Source: the human T2T-CHM13v2.0 reference genome, Homo sapiens
Length of the DNA stretch: 64,000 nt
Assembly (NCBI RefSeq): GCF_009914755.1
Contig: NC_060927.1
Strand: one strand, 5' to 3'
Part shown: positions 12,511 through 31,060 of the stretch, piece by piece
Position numbering within the stretch: position 1 is the first letter of the stretch
Layout: the number at the start of each line of letters is the position of its first letter
The notes under the pieces: generated by a model
What the model saw: only the letters and a program-made list of their open reading frames with translations
Database searches by the model: none
What the model was told of the DNA's origin: nothing
Position numbers and translations under genes: made by a program

Positions 12511-13039
12511 ATAACTATATCTTGCATTTGTTATTTTATTGCATGTTGTCTTGCTTTGTTTGAAGTGACTGGTAGGATTGGGGTAAGGATTTTTGCCTTT
12601 GTAAGTTGGCTTAAAATATCCATATATCTATAGCTATGCACATAGTATATAGATTTCTTTCTCTTGTGGAAAAGTAGCTGTGGGTTGGAATGGAAAGTGA
12701 GGAAGGTTTTATACAGACCAAATTTACGGTCTGCCTGTAGTAACTCAGGATTATTTATAGTACTGGAGACCCAAATGGTTGGTTTGCATTATGCTTGAAT
12801 TGCTCTTCTTTTCCCATGCTGAATACTTCTGAGGTACTAACAAAAAGAAGGCAGAGTAAACAAAAAAAGTCTTTGTATATTTTCTTCAAATTGGGTTAAG
12901 ATCAAAGAGAACCACTGATTAAAACTGAAGCAGATGTATGTGCACATATGTACATGCACACAGACACACATATGTATACATTTATATATTTTATATAATC
13001 TTAACTGTTAAGAGTTAATTGCAGGCCTGATGTCCCTAA

Positions 13040-14160
<1,121 letters not shown>

Positions 14161-15306
14161 ACTTTAGTTTACTTCCTCTGTGTGCTATAGGGAAGACCTA
14201 TACTTCCTCTGTGTGCTATAGGGAAGAAAAATATACAAAGACTTTTTTTGTTTACTCTGCCTTCTTTTTGTTAGACCCTTGTGTCTTCCCTATAGAACAG
14301 TGCTTTGTATAATACTTAATAACCATATTGAATTTGCCAATAAACCAAGCATCATTTCCTCTAAAATTTTCCACCTTACCAAAGTAAACTTCTAAAAAGC
14401 AAATTCAGGGGAATATACAAAACTGTGCATATTTATCATGGGTTGAAAAAAATTCATATTTTTCTTATTTTGTCTAATCTATGACTTTTTACTTTTAACA
14501 TAATTTCCTTTATATCTATTCATTATTTTACAGAATATAAGATATTTTTCAAAATTTAGAGTAAGTACTCAGTTGAGTCCCTTGTGTGAAATAATAGACG
14601 AATTGGTTTGTGTGTTACCTCTCCATCTGCCATCCTAAGGGAAGTTGGGAAATCTCAGGCAAGATTAATGACAATAGAAATTTTGTTCCATGATTAACTT
14701 ATATTCTGTCAGACAGCCTTTTGGAACAGTTTTATAACCTTCTTTCCTCTATGCTATTTCCCCACACTATTTGCTTAAAGATTTTTTTTTCAAATTAGTC
14801 ATCATTCACTTCTTATTTCCTTTGTAGAAAAATTAAAAGTTATAAAAGAGAGAAAATACCAAAATACTACTTATACTTTGATTAAATCTTGAAATAATTT
14901 TTAAATGGCACCTGCAACTTACCCTAGACCTGGTGAAATTCTTGTGAGGACAATGTTAACTCATCCAACATTAATAGGATGGTACTTATGTGGCAGGCAT
15001 TGTGCTCAGAGCTTAATTAAGTTTCTGCTCCATCTTCAAAAGACTAAGAGTATAGTTGGAGAGGAGATACATAAGCAAAAATCCCCAAAAAGGTAACAAG
15101 AGCAGTATACAAGTTGTTCTGAAAATAAGGGAGAGGTGCTGACTTCTCCTGGAGGAAGCTAGTGAGCAAGATGCTTTTGAGAATAAGTGCAAATCAGTGT
15201 CCAAGAAAAGAGATTTTCTTCATATATTTTGGGATGGTTGAAATCAAATGATAATTTATTCTAAATGATACTATAATTGAGTTGAAGGAAAGAACTGATC
15301 ATTTTA

Positions 15307-18789
<3,483 letters not shown>

Positions 18790-19619
18790 ACAATGAGATC
18801 ACATGGACACAGGAAGGGGAATATCACACTCTGGGGACTGTGGTGGGGTCGGGGGAGGGGGGAGGGATAGCATTGGGAGATATACCTAATGCTAGATGAC
18901 ACGTTAGTGGGTGCAGCGCACCAGCATGGCACATGTATACATATGTAACTAACCTGCACAATGTGCACATGTACCCTAAAACTTAGAGTATAATAAAAAA
19001 AAAAAAACATTAAAAAAAAAAAAAGAATGTTATAAAACCAGTGTTATTAGTTTGGGAACATGTTCTGTCTGACAAATTTGCTCTGGTATAATTAGGTGAC
19101 ATAATGGTCAAACAAATGGATGGAAGTAGTAAATGAAGCCTATCTCGAATGTTGTAAAGCTTCTGACTTTTTTTTGTCTGACATAATTGGATTATTATGA
19201 ATTCTTCATATTGAATAATTAAAAAATACTAAACCTTGTGTCCAGAAATCCCTGAAAAGGGGATGCGCATGGATAAGCTCCATGACTGTATGAAATCCTT
19301 TACATTACAAGTCAATTTTTTGGTGAATTTGCACTTACGTATATTTTTCTCTGAAAGAATCCTTAGGTCTTATCAGATTCTCAGTGGATCCCTTGAATCC
19401 CTCCAAATGAAGAAGCATTTACGGAGTGGTATGCTGAAAGCAGAACTCCACTAGAATTTTAGCCCCAGACTAGCTACACTCAGTACAGTCTTAGACTAGT
19501 AATTTAATTTTCCTGTGCTTTAGTTTCTTCATTTCTAAACCAGAAGATTTAACTATGGTCAGTTCTCCTCCACAGACATATTCTCAAGTGACAAGTACAT
19601 CCTAAAGATTTTTGCAACT

Positions 19620-19900
19620 TTAAGTGGCCACAGGTTCAGTTTTTCAGCCTTTACAGTGTTGTCACTAACAGTGTACTAAGAAATTTGAATCTTGCTGTTC
19701 AGTTTCCCTTGAAAAACATTTGTCTACTCTGGGCCCATATTACTGCACAGCAGCCCTTTGGAGATCAGTGCTAATACATTTGGGCAGTTGAATGCGCTCA
19801 GGGTCTCCACAGACCCCACCATGCCCTATAGTCTCACACCAGCAGGCTCCACTATTTTATATGGCTTTCCGGCTCTGGAAGCATTTGGTATGGTCTCCTC
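19620..19900 (-). mobile_element. MER102-like hAT relic
   Basis: 'accccaccatgccctatagtctcacacc...ggctctggaagcatttgg' resembles the reverse complement of the MER102 terminus. Confidence 0.5.
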
Positions 19901-20298
19901 AGATCTGCACAGTACACCATTAAGCTAAGGAAAGAGAATGTATCAGATTATTGGGAGGTGATACAGTGCTATGAATGGGCAGCTTCACTGTCCCTTTACT
20001 GAGAGAATTCTGAGGCTCTCTGTGTTCCTATACATACCCTGATTGTGGAGGAAGATTTAACACTTTTTGCTGAAAATGATTTCTCTGCTTGGAGTTGAAA
20101 CTGATCAACTTATATTGGGCGTCTTATATGATACTCTTACACATTTGCCGTGAACCAATATTTTAAGATGTTATGTTACACCAAAGAGGATCTGAAATTG
20201 TTGGAAAGTGTATGATAAAACTGCTCAGGCCCTGTATTTACACAAGTAAAATGAAACCTGAAGTAATTGTACATTTCAAGTTACTTCATTGACTAGAT

Positions 20299-20497
20299 CA
20301 GGGATCTGCAAGATTTTTTGTAAAGAGACAGGAAATATCTGTTTGCTTTGCAGGGCATATTATCTTTGTTATAAGAACATAAGCCACCTTAGACAATACA
20401 TAAATACATAAATGAATGATCATGGCTGTGTTTCAATAAAACCTTACTTAGAAATACAGGTAGATTTGGCTTGTGGATTGTAATTTGCCAGCCCCTA
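20299..20497 (+). mobile_element. MER58A (hAT-Charlie)
   Basis: 'cagggatctgcaa...tgtaaagagacag', 'atggctgtgtttcaataaaac', 'tttgccagcccct'. Confidence 0.8.
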
Positions 20498-20549
20498 GGC
20501 TAATCATTAGAATATGGTGTCTGGTCTTAAAAACCTTGAAGAATAATCA

Positions 20550-20830
20550 CAAAGATTAAAACAGGATGCTACTACAGGAGGTATTAGAAAAGAAGACCCA
20601 CAGGAAAAGTGATCTGGGATGGCTTAACTTCACCAGGAGGAGGCTCTTGGGTAATATAATTTATGTTTGACATAGAAAATAATTTCTTGACAATAAAAGT
20701 GGTTACATTTTTAGAGTGAATTATTAAGGCAGTTTGTGGACTCTCTCTGAAAGGTTGTAAAAATAGTATAACTTTTCATCTTTCTGAGTTGGTTTTCAAT
20801 AGATATATGAACAGGATAATCTCTAGGCAC
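20550..20830 (+). mobile_element. L3/CR1 fragment
   Basis: 'aatttcttgacaat...aaggcagtttgtggactct...' resembles the CR1 3' region. Confidence 0.4.
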
Positions 20831-22059
20831 TGGGAGATGAACAACTAGAAATGTAAATTCAAACAGTTTTACATTCACAGTTGTTCATCTCCCATTGGAC
20901 AGAAGCAGACCAACAATTCAGATTTCTGATGTTTACATTAGTACTTAGTACTTTCATATTCTTAGGAAAGGATTTTTTTTAACCCCTTTCCTAATCTCTG
21001 AAATGCCCAAGTGTTCTAAGTAGCATGGTTGATTAACATATAACGAATCTATTAGTAGTGCATTTAATGATGATGAAATGCTACACACATTTAAAATAAC
21101 AGATATAATAGCTCACTGAACAGAATTATCCTAAAGTTATTTTGGAATCCTCAGAAAACATTTACTTGTTCTCTGAAGTTATCTGTGCAGACTATTGTGA
21201 TTTCGTGAAGGGAGAACTCAAGATCGTACACCTACATTTCATTAACTTTTTTGGTCATGTTTCATGTGTCTCTAAGGCAATAGCTACAGTAACTTTAGTT
21301 GGTTTTTGGCTACTATCTCACTTGTATCAAATAGATTCATAGAAAAATATGGTGACAGCATTGGCGGGAAGTTTGGAGGACATCTAATTCAAACCTCTCA
21401 TATTTAGGACAAAGAAATAAGAACCCTGGCTTGGGTTTTAGGGCACCTGATGAGGAACTAGAACTTCAGATATACTGTTTATTACACAAAAATAGATTTT
21501 TAAATTTGAGATTTTTTGACCAAAAAATTTTATCATAAGGCAGTAAACTCAGGTTTCATAGATCTACATAGGATTACTTGTTGGATATAACCCATTTAAG
21601 TTTAAATACCCAATTCTTTTTTGAGGGCTGGACTCTGGTCATTCTGGCAGTTGATTCTTCTATTTTCCTACGAGTTCTGTATTATGAGAATTTATGCTCT
21701 CCATTCCAATAATGGAATAAAATAAGAGCATGATACTGGAGATTGCCATCCCATGTGGTGTGTTAAAGATTCAGTCTATCCTGTTGCAGTCTCATTGGGA
21801 AGGAGCAATAGGGAGACATATGTGATCACTGCATCATACATATTAGATGGTAAATAAAATTTAATAAAGAGCAAAGATCTTTTTCCTGTTAGGGAATAAA
21901 TTTGAGCATAATTGCAAATTACAATTTTATCTGAGAATATCTGTGTCTTACAGACATTCTATAATGAAGAAAAAATGAGCTATTTTCTAGTGTAAATCTT
22001 ATTTTAAGTCATAATGATGTATATGTGTGTGTGTGCAGAACAAAATAGGTGTAATTACC

Positions 22060-22500
22060 TTATCTATTCCATTATATTTTAGCATCTCTTATACATGTGA
22101 TTAAAGTTGCTCCCTTTAAAGTATTGTCATAGGGAGACTTTGACACTTATTTCAGGGATTCCACATTTAACCAATAAGTTTTTTTGGAAAGCTTAACTTA
22201 GATTTACCATACCAATTAGTTTTTAACTGTTTGTGTTTGTGTGTGAATAATCAGTTTGTGAGAAAAATTAGTCTCATTAAATTAGTCACTACTTCAGCAT
22301 GACGAGCATAAATAGTCTTTTCTAGCTTAACCACTTGGAACGTACAGACTTGACCCTGAACAATTTTACCTTTAGATGATTTTATGCTACTGATATCAAA
22401 GAAATATATTCTCATCTCGGAATGCAATTCCAAAAGAGGAGTTCCAAAAATTACAACAGTGTCATATTTGGAGGACTGATTTCCATAAGATGAATTATGT
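22060..22500. mobile_element. MARNA-like mariner relic
   Basis: 'tttaaagtattgtcatagggagactttgacacttattt' and 'gcaattccaaaagaggagttccaaaaa'. Confidence 0.55.
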
Positions 22501-22514
22501 CTGGTACACATTAA

Positions 22515-22900
22515 TTTTTTTCAAAATGAAGCATGACTTACAGTAACATGCACAGATCATCGTGTGCAGTTTAAAAATTTTGAAATGTGCATACACCTTT
22601 GTAACTTACACCCTTATCAAAATATAGAACATCTCATCACCACAGGGTTTCTCCTGCTCTATTACATCATCCCCTGAATTGAAGCCCCACCCCTGACCCC
22701 CTTCATGGCTACCCAGGGAACCACTGCTCTGATTTCTATCACCATAGTTTAGTTATTCCTCTTCCGGAATGCCATGTAAGTGCCATCATCACATATTCTC
22801 TCTATTGTGTCTGGCTTCTTTCCTGCAGAACGTTTTTTGAGGTTCATCCATGATGTTGCATGTATCAGCAGTTCATTTCTTTTTATTGCCGAGTATGAAT
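22515..22900 (-). mobile_element. Old L1M (L1ME/MB-type) 3' end
   Basis: 'atcaaaatatagaacat', 'accactgctctgatttctatcaccatag', 'tgtgtctggcttcttt', 'ttcatccatgatgttgcatgtatcag'. Confidence 0.75.
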
Positions 22901-24604
22901 GTTTTTATGCGCTCTTGTTTTCTGATGTGAGTTAAAACTATGTGAGAAGACTGAATTATCTTCTTAGAAGTTACAGAATAAGGCTATATTTGAGGATTTT
23001 CTCCTCCACATAGGTCACTTTATACTATAACTTATCCTATTACACAAAGTATATCTATGTAAACAAAATTACTCTAATCACAATGAAAACTACTAGTTCA
23101 AATATTTAACTATAAATATTTTAGGAAAGACATTGTATCAGGGTATTAGAGTTTTTAATATATACATAGTTAACATTCATTTTATTAAATACTTATTGGA
23201 AGCCTACTACATGACAGACATAATACTATAAGAATTTTCTCATGTTTTGAAATGATATATAAAAGCTCTAGAAGAAATGAAGTATTAGTAACTGATCTAA
23301 ATCTCTGTATTTATTTATAATTGATAATTACCAGTTTTAGTATTAATCTGTCACTTTATAGGCTGATGCAAATGAAAAAGTTATTTGTGAGGATACAGGA
23401 TCTGAGAAAAGTGAGTTCCTATACATCATTTTTCAAAAACTGTCCTGGAGGCTTTCTTTGCTGCTTGTTGTTGAAAAATGGACTCCATAGGGTTGAGGCA
23501 TCATGGAGACTTTAATTAAGTTTTAATTAAATGTTTTCCATGGTTTTGCATAATAAGGAGATAGTATCAAATCTAATTCCTGAAAAATCTAACATGCATC
23601 CTGGTAATCAACACATGAGGAAACTCTAAGCATCCACATATAATTTAGTGCTATTTCGGTTAAGTGCATTTTAAAAGGATAATCCTTACACAGTTTCTGA
23701 ATATATTCATTAAAATTGGTGAACTTAGTAGAACACTCTAGGGAAGAAATTTTTAAATAAAACTTCAAATTTTTGTTGGTTTGATATACTGACAATTTAA
23801 TAATTTAATGTCTCTGAAATTATTTTGTGTATTTTATTTGGTAATTTGTAAAAGTATTACATAAGCACTCTTGGATTTTTAAAAGTCTAAGGACATAGAA
23901 TATAAAGTGTCGCATCACTTTCAAATGTGTGAACATAGTAAGAGTTGCCTAAACTGTTTGTTTGTAATTGGGGGTAATAATATATTCAGACCATAGAATT
24001 GTAAGGCTTACCCGAGATAGGATCTCAAAGTATTTCACTCTTACACCTTGGGTAGAAGGCATACTTTAGGCCTTATATCCAAATGAAGTTATATGGATAA
24101 TTACAAACATTAACTAACAGGATTGAACATATAAAATATATCACAGTTTTTTCATTGCTTCATTTTTAATACATTATAAACCTTAAGCAATTGAAAGTGT
24201 CCTGTGCCCTTGAGCTTTAAGAGATGAGTTTAAAAAACTTATAACATGTAACATAATCCAATTGACCAAACATATGTTGAGTTTTAACTATTTGCTAAGG
24301 ATTGTATTAAGTACTAGGAGTACAAAGATGAATAATGTAGGATTCCTCACTTCCTTTGCCTTATTCAGCTTTTTCCTTACTCCTTTTAGTTTTTCACTCA
24401 ATAGGTATTTTTTCTCCTAATTTTAAGGTCTACCTTTTAACTGTAAATGGCTAGATTGGACTACATGGTGTCTAAGTTTTCCCCCAATTCTGCAATTCTA
24501 TGCCTTCTAAATGTATGCTTTGAATGCTAACATGGATATGTGCAAACACTGAGGCAGGTTTTGCTTAGACATGCAGCAAGTTTGAAATTCGTTTATATAC
24601 ACGT

Positions 24605-24830
24605 TTAAGAAACTCAGCTTCGGAGTCAGACGGGCCTAGGTACAAATATTTACCACTTAGGCAAGCTACCAAATCTCTGAATTTTTCTCTGTGGTGTATT
24701 TTATAAAGTAGGGATAAAAATACTACTTCCTTTATAAAGCATTATGAAGACTATATGAGATAATGCATGTAAGAGACTTAAACAGGTGTGTTCAGAATAT
24801 AATAAACTCGAAATAAGTATTAGTCTTTAT
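24605..24830 (+). mobile_element. MIR SINE
   Basis: 'ggagtcagacgggcctagg...ataaagtagggataa...atgagataatgcatgtaa'. Confidence 0.7.
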
Positions 24831-27800
24831 TCATCAGGCAATATAAATATAGGTAATTTACTTGTCTGGAAAAATATTCCTAAGTATTCGCAAGTTAGGT
24901 AAAGTGCATTTGTCCTTATTTTACAAGAGAAGTTAGTGAACTTTAATGAGGATGACAGGATAAATGTATTTTCTGTCTATGCTAGTCATGTTCTTGTCAA
25001 GAACCACGCTCAGAAATTCTTTGTTGGTAGCAGACTATCGCACAGTGGAATCATCTTACATCTAGTGTTTTCATTGCTCAGCACTGTGCTGAAAACAACA
25101 GCTCTACCATGTTTGCCCAATGAGTAAATGATTGGCTGGATGAATAGATGAAAATGATTGCTGTTAATACACTAAATATAAAACAAAAATTTGCCTGAGG
25201 CAATATTAGTAAATAGTTAATAGAGACAAGATTTTAGCTTTTACTACTTGTTGGTACTTTTACATAATTTCCTAATCCTCTGTTTCTTACAATGATGCAT
25301 ACACATGGACAACGCTGCAGTATAGTGGCTTCACAAAATGTGATGCAATCATATTTTTTACTTATTTATAACAAGAATCCCAAGTACGAACTGCAGTAGT
25401 TAGCATTAATTTTCCTATTTTATTTTCAGAAAATGTGGGACCAGAAAAAAATAGATGACCTAGTATGACAACTGATTTTTAATTGATCCAGTAAATGTTA
25501 CCCTGTTTCAGAGAGAGGTGCTTCTTTCCCAAAGTTATAGTGTTATCTCACCTATTCATAGCAAAGATGTCCTTATGACTCTAAGATGAACTTTCCAGTA
25601 GTGCCCTGGAGCTCTTTTGCATTCCCATGGACCTATTATGATTATGGAACCCCATTAAGAAGATTCCCTTTGAGATATTGAGATAAAAAATCCAGAATGT
25701 ATATCATTAAAAGTTATAACATTGGACCTCAATCATGCTTCCCTTTCTATATCTTTGATCTTAATGATCTGAGTTTGGACCAGCAAGGTATTATGCTCTT
25801 AGAACAGCTGCTGGGGTATAAAAGAGCATTTTAGAGAGGGATGGAGATTGTGAAATATGAATTGAAATCAGGTCTAGTGAAGTTAATTCAGCAGCTGTGT
25901 ATAAAGAAGCATTTTGATGTCTAGTATGGTAATGCATCAATACTTATCGTCAGATAATTTTAATTAAGCAAACCTTAAAGTAGTAAAAATTAGAAATATT
26001 GTTTAATTAAACCTTAAAGTATTAAAAATTAGAAATATTTTTAGACTTTTCTCCTCTATATTTTGTATGTGGAGTCAGATAGAAAGTAGAAATATAATAA
26101 GGACCTAAAAAACTGCCAGTAGGAAAATCAGTTGAAATAATCCAGATGCTTCTACTATTTTAAAGGTCAAATCTGGTTTGCTCATAAAACCCAGAGTAGT
26201 GTGAGAGGAGATGTTTAATAAATCTTGGAATTTGGTAGTAGAATAAAAGTGGTGAATTTAGAGACCTTAAGCTTGGTTGGTTAGATTTTCACATTATGCC
26301 ATCTAAGAGTGGAAAAGATTTCTTCCAGCTGTAAAATTGTGGGTTAAAAGAAATGTCACACTTCAACTTTTTTTCCTTTTTAAATCCATATGCTCTGAAT
26401 GTTACCAGATTTTTCAGACTTCAGGAACTGAAGGCTTTTTATTCATAGGACAGGCTTTGCAGGAACTACTATAGTGCAAATTCATCCCCATAACTCTCCT
26501 AAAATAAATATATTTTTCTTTGGAAATACCAACTCTTAGATAGCAAGAATAATTTCCTCGTGGCCTTCATAGCTTTTGGCTTTTGTCTGAAAGATCCAGA
26601 AAGTGCAGAGGTTATGATGTATTGCTTTAGTGACACGAACACTTGTCCCTTAGGATTGACATTTCAGGAACTTCTTCATGTGTTACAAAGCCACATGCAG
26701 AGAGTGTTTGAAAGTCATTGGATAGCTGACTTCACCCACAGGGAGAGTGACAGGGACCTGGAGTAAAGCCTTTTCAGTGAAAACCTTTAGGCATAATTAG
26801 ATTATTCTAGCAGGTAGTGGATTCATGTCAATCCAGCCATCTCCAGAGGATGCTGAGGGCTACCAGTCTCACATGACAGCTTTCACTGGCTGGTTGCTGC
26901 TGAACTGCTGAACTGCGAGTTAACTTCAGGGACCTTTTGAATTGCCTTCAGGGTGTGGCACAAGAATGCAGCAAGCTCAAGAGATTTTAAAGATTCATTC
27001 TCCATATGAGTTGGCCCTAGGGATTCAGAGAGAAACTGAGATGGTGGCGGTAATTCTAGGGCCCTGTGAAATGTAAGCTATCTATAAAATACTGATGCAA
27101 TGTATAATGAGCTATTCTGGTGTTAGTGCATTAGTGTGCCAATCCTGGCATAATAAACACAAAATATTTATGAAATGCTTAACTGACATGTATTTGAAAT
27201 ATACACCAAATATTGGTATCAAAAGAGGGCTGATACTATGTTATAGGTTAGTTGGGTTTACATAATCTTTGCTTGAACATTGTTATTATGGGAAGCATGG
27301 TTTTAAAGGAACAGTGACAAACATGTTAGGTGCTTACCCGTTATCTGTTTTCTTCCATTGTTTAGCTGAAGACAATGTAAGACTTTTATGACCTTCCTGT
27401 TCCTTACTTTCTCAGCCATGAGTTCCCATTCTGACCAATGAGGTCTAAGGTCCAAGGGCTATGGTAGTTCTTGGAAAAGCCTTTACATTCTTGGTAAACA
27501 TGAACACACATTGTCGGCTTAGCCAATCTGGTCATCTTTGCTTTCATCTGTTTGTTGTTTCATTTAGAAGTTGAATTAATGAGTACAAATCCCTCATACT
27601 TCCGGCTATGGGAGGTAAATAAACTCTTAGTTATTTAAGGCATTTTAAAATCATGGTTGCAAAATGGCTGCCACGCCTTTTAGGTATCACATTTTTCCTT
27701 GGGTTAAAAACAAAGCCCATCATGACTGACGTCCTTTTAGATGTCACTGGCCATAACTGGTTCACATAGCTAGAAAAGCAGGGCACAAACATAGAAAGTG

Positions 27801-28209
27801 CCGGTATCCCTGTTGTCTTCATTTAGTAGTTGAATCTGTGAGTTCAACTGCCTACCTCTGAACTTTCATTATTTGTTTAAAGCATTGTAATAATACTGTT
27901 GCTATTTTCAGCTGAACATGTGACAAAATAAGTAGAATTTGGAGGGAGGAGAATATTTGAAAGTTAGGAAGAGTATGACTGAAGGATGAGCTAATGAGTA
28001 GATTGTCTTAAGTGGATCAACTGTTCTCTAAAGTAGTGGAAAGTCAGTTATTAAATCCATAAAAGGCTTTATCATAAAATGAAAATCTATTCTAGCATTA
28101 TTGTAAGTATTAATAAAATTACTATGTAAAACATTTTGCTAGTCCATTTATTATGTTTTCTAAAAGTATTTTCTCAACCAGTATTTAGGAAACATTTCTA
28201 ACTATGTAA

Positions 28210-28404
<195 letters not shown>

Positions 28405-29564
28405 TAAATAATCCAAAATGCTAATCTTAAAATGTCTGTGTTTGTATTAAGCAATCAGGAAACATTTTGCAGCATATCTACTTGCTCTGAACTGAATGGA
28501 AGGGCCCCAGAGCTGCAGCAGTAAGGTTAATTTATTCACGGATTATTAATTATTAATTATTATATGTGACTCTGTAGTAACCCACCATTTATAAAAAATT
28601 GCTTTCTGTTTAAATTTAGGTTAGATACATTGATAAATAACAATTAGAGAACATATTTTACACATCCAACCTTAAGGGTTCTTATTGTTCTTTAAAACTG
28701 ATTATTATAAGATGTTTGGAGCAAGATTTGGCCTAAAGGCCAATTAATTTGAAATACCTCACTAAACCAAAGAAGAGTTGATTTAGAAATGGCCAATTTC
28801 ATGTCTAATAAGCTACTATCCTAAGTAAAAAAAAAAAATCAGTCTGTTGTGTCAAAATGCTTTTTTTCTCATTCAGATTCATACTGGTGACTATTTCATT
28901 ATTGCAGAGGAGCCCAATGTGGGTGAAATGTTACAAATACTAACAGTGAAGAAATCTGGTTCTCTTAAGTCTGTGTTTTTGGCTGAAGCTACAAAGTTTC
29001 CCAGTGGTGTCTGTTACAAAGTAACATGCAGGACTTGGCAGCCAGTTACAGATAACAAGACTTCCATCCCGAAGACTGTCCAAGCCACATGCTAAATTTT
29101 GCCCATCTGTCACCAGTCTCCTCTGTCCCATGTCAGAGTCAAATTTGGAAACTGGTGACATTGGAGGTACTTGTTATGCCTGGCAGAACAAAACCCAAAG
29201 GTCTTATTGCTCATGACAGTTCAGATGTACTTGAACAGTAATTACTGTTCATATGGAGTTCTTTGCCATGTTCTTCTGTTTCATGACTTCCCATCTTCCT
29301 TTAGATGGTCCCAGTATACAGGGTACTGAATATTAGAAGCAGCAAGAAATGGTACCACAAATTATTTTTTTTAAATTTATTTTATGTGAAAGTCAAAGAA
29401 TGCTAGTACAAACCTAACATTTGATGGACATGTTTGTTGCATATTACCCAGCTAGGTAAGGCTAAGTAATACAGAATTAATAACTATATTTTCAGAGAAA
29501 TATTATTTAACATATTTTAGTTTTATGAGTATATAATTGAAAACATCACATTAAAAGTTATTAA

Positions 29565-29890
29565 TTTACACACAATATGAATGAATCTCAGAAACAAAAT
29601 GTTGAATAAAAGAAGCCAGACACAAAAAAGTACATACAGTATGATTTTACTCACATAAAGTTCAAAAACAGGCAAAACTAGTGTGTGTTCTAAAACAATA
29701 GGGTAGTGATTACCCTTGGGATAGTACTTGAAAGTGGGGCAAAGTAGGGGCTTCCGCTACGTGAGTAACATTCTCTTTCTTGCTCTAGCTAAAGGTTACC
29801 TGACACATTTATACTGTGGAAATTGATCCCACTGCACGTTGATAGTTTGTATACTTTGTTTGAATATCATTCTTCAATTGAAAAAGTAAA
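29565..29890 (+). mobile_element. Old L1ME-type 3' end
   Basis: 'atgaatctcagaaacaaaatgttgaataaaagaagccagacacaaaa...aaagttcaaaaacaggcaaaact'. Confidence 0.75.
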
Positions 29891-29984
29891 AGAAGAATTA
29901 ACTTGTAAAGTAAAATAACAGTTACTTTAGAAAACACAAAACCACTATAAAAATTATTTTTCAACATAATTCAGAATTATTAAT

Positions 29985-30250
29985 GATAATGATAATTATT
30001 TATGGAACACATCTGTGTTAGACATGGTTCTAAGTGTTTGAATTACGTTACTTTCCTTAGTGATTACACCATCTTAGAGGTGTTGTTTTTTGTTCTGTTT
30101 GTTAAAGAGGAATTGGGATTTGGGATTTAGAGAAATTAAGCAGCTTGCTCAAGGCCACGTCTCAAGTTAGGAATTGTGTGTAAATTTGAACATTTGTTTG
30201 TTTAACTTCAGCAAGGAGGAGAAGCTTTCGCACTGTGCCACGTGCTTCCA
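29985..30250 (-). mobile_element. MIR SINE
   Basis: 'tttagagaaattaagcagcttgctcaaggccac'. Confidence 0.6.
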
Positions 30251-30914
30251 CTAACCATCACAGTTGCACATTGAGACAAATTAATTTCAGACTCTGGACT
30301 GAATTTTCATTTTGAGGATGAGCAGTTTTCTTCTTAGATTGAAGTTTCCGTTTCCATGATAATCAATGATTGTTATTATAAACTTTATCCTCAGTCTGTA
30401 CTGGGGTTTTATATAGCTCAAGAGGGAATCAAATATAAAGCAGCAATAGTTGTTTAAAACTAAAGTTTGGAAAGGCCAAAAAAGATTAATAGTCTTTCAT
30501 AGACAATCCCAATGGGTAAAGTTGGGGATATTTTGATTTGGCAGCCTCATATATTTTTTCTTATTTTAGGAAGCTGCTTCCTAGTATTGGCCTTTGTACT
30601 TCTAAAACTTTTGGTTGAGAGAAAAAAAATGGAAGATGGTAAGATAAAATTCCATGAATTTAAGAACAGTGATTTTAAATTTATTAGGGCTATATTGCAT
30701 AATTAGATTTTAAGAACCTGAGAGTGTAATGAACCACATTTTATTTCTCATTAGAAAACTGATTTCTTCCCATTGGCCATACACAAGTCCTGGTGAAGGA
30801 GTAAGTGCTAGGGAAAAAGGGATATAAGGTAGATGGGTCTATACCTTGGGGAAGACAGGCATTAACTTTTGTGCAAATCAGAATTGCAAGTTAAAGAAGT
30901 GAAACATTAATGTT

Positions 30915-31060
30915 GTATAGTTTGAAAAGCACTGCGTCATCTCATTTTACCCTCGTGATTCTGAGATCAGTATCATTGTTACGTCCATTTTACAGATTAG
31001 GAATCTGAGGCTCAGAGGCCAATTAGCACAAACACATTTACCCAGTAGGTAACAGACCGT
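30915..31060 (-). mobile_element. MIR core
   Basis: 'ccattttacagattaggaatctgaggctcagagg'. Confidence 0.7.

Noticed and set aside
12626-12655. Small imperfect AT-rich hairpin
   Set aside because: Too short and low-complexity to suggest a structured RNA
14170-14227. Direct repeats superficially like a CRISPR array
   Set aside because: Only two units with a 4-bp spacer, in human DNA, with no cas genes
28847-29095. 82-aa ORF with a polypyrimidine-AG just inside its start (possible exon)
   Set aside because: No recognisable protein similarity and no strong donor site; not supportable without RNA or conservation data
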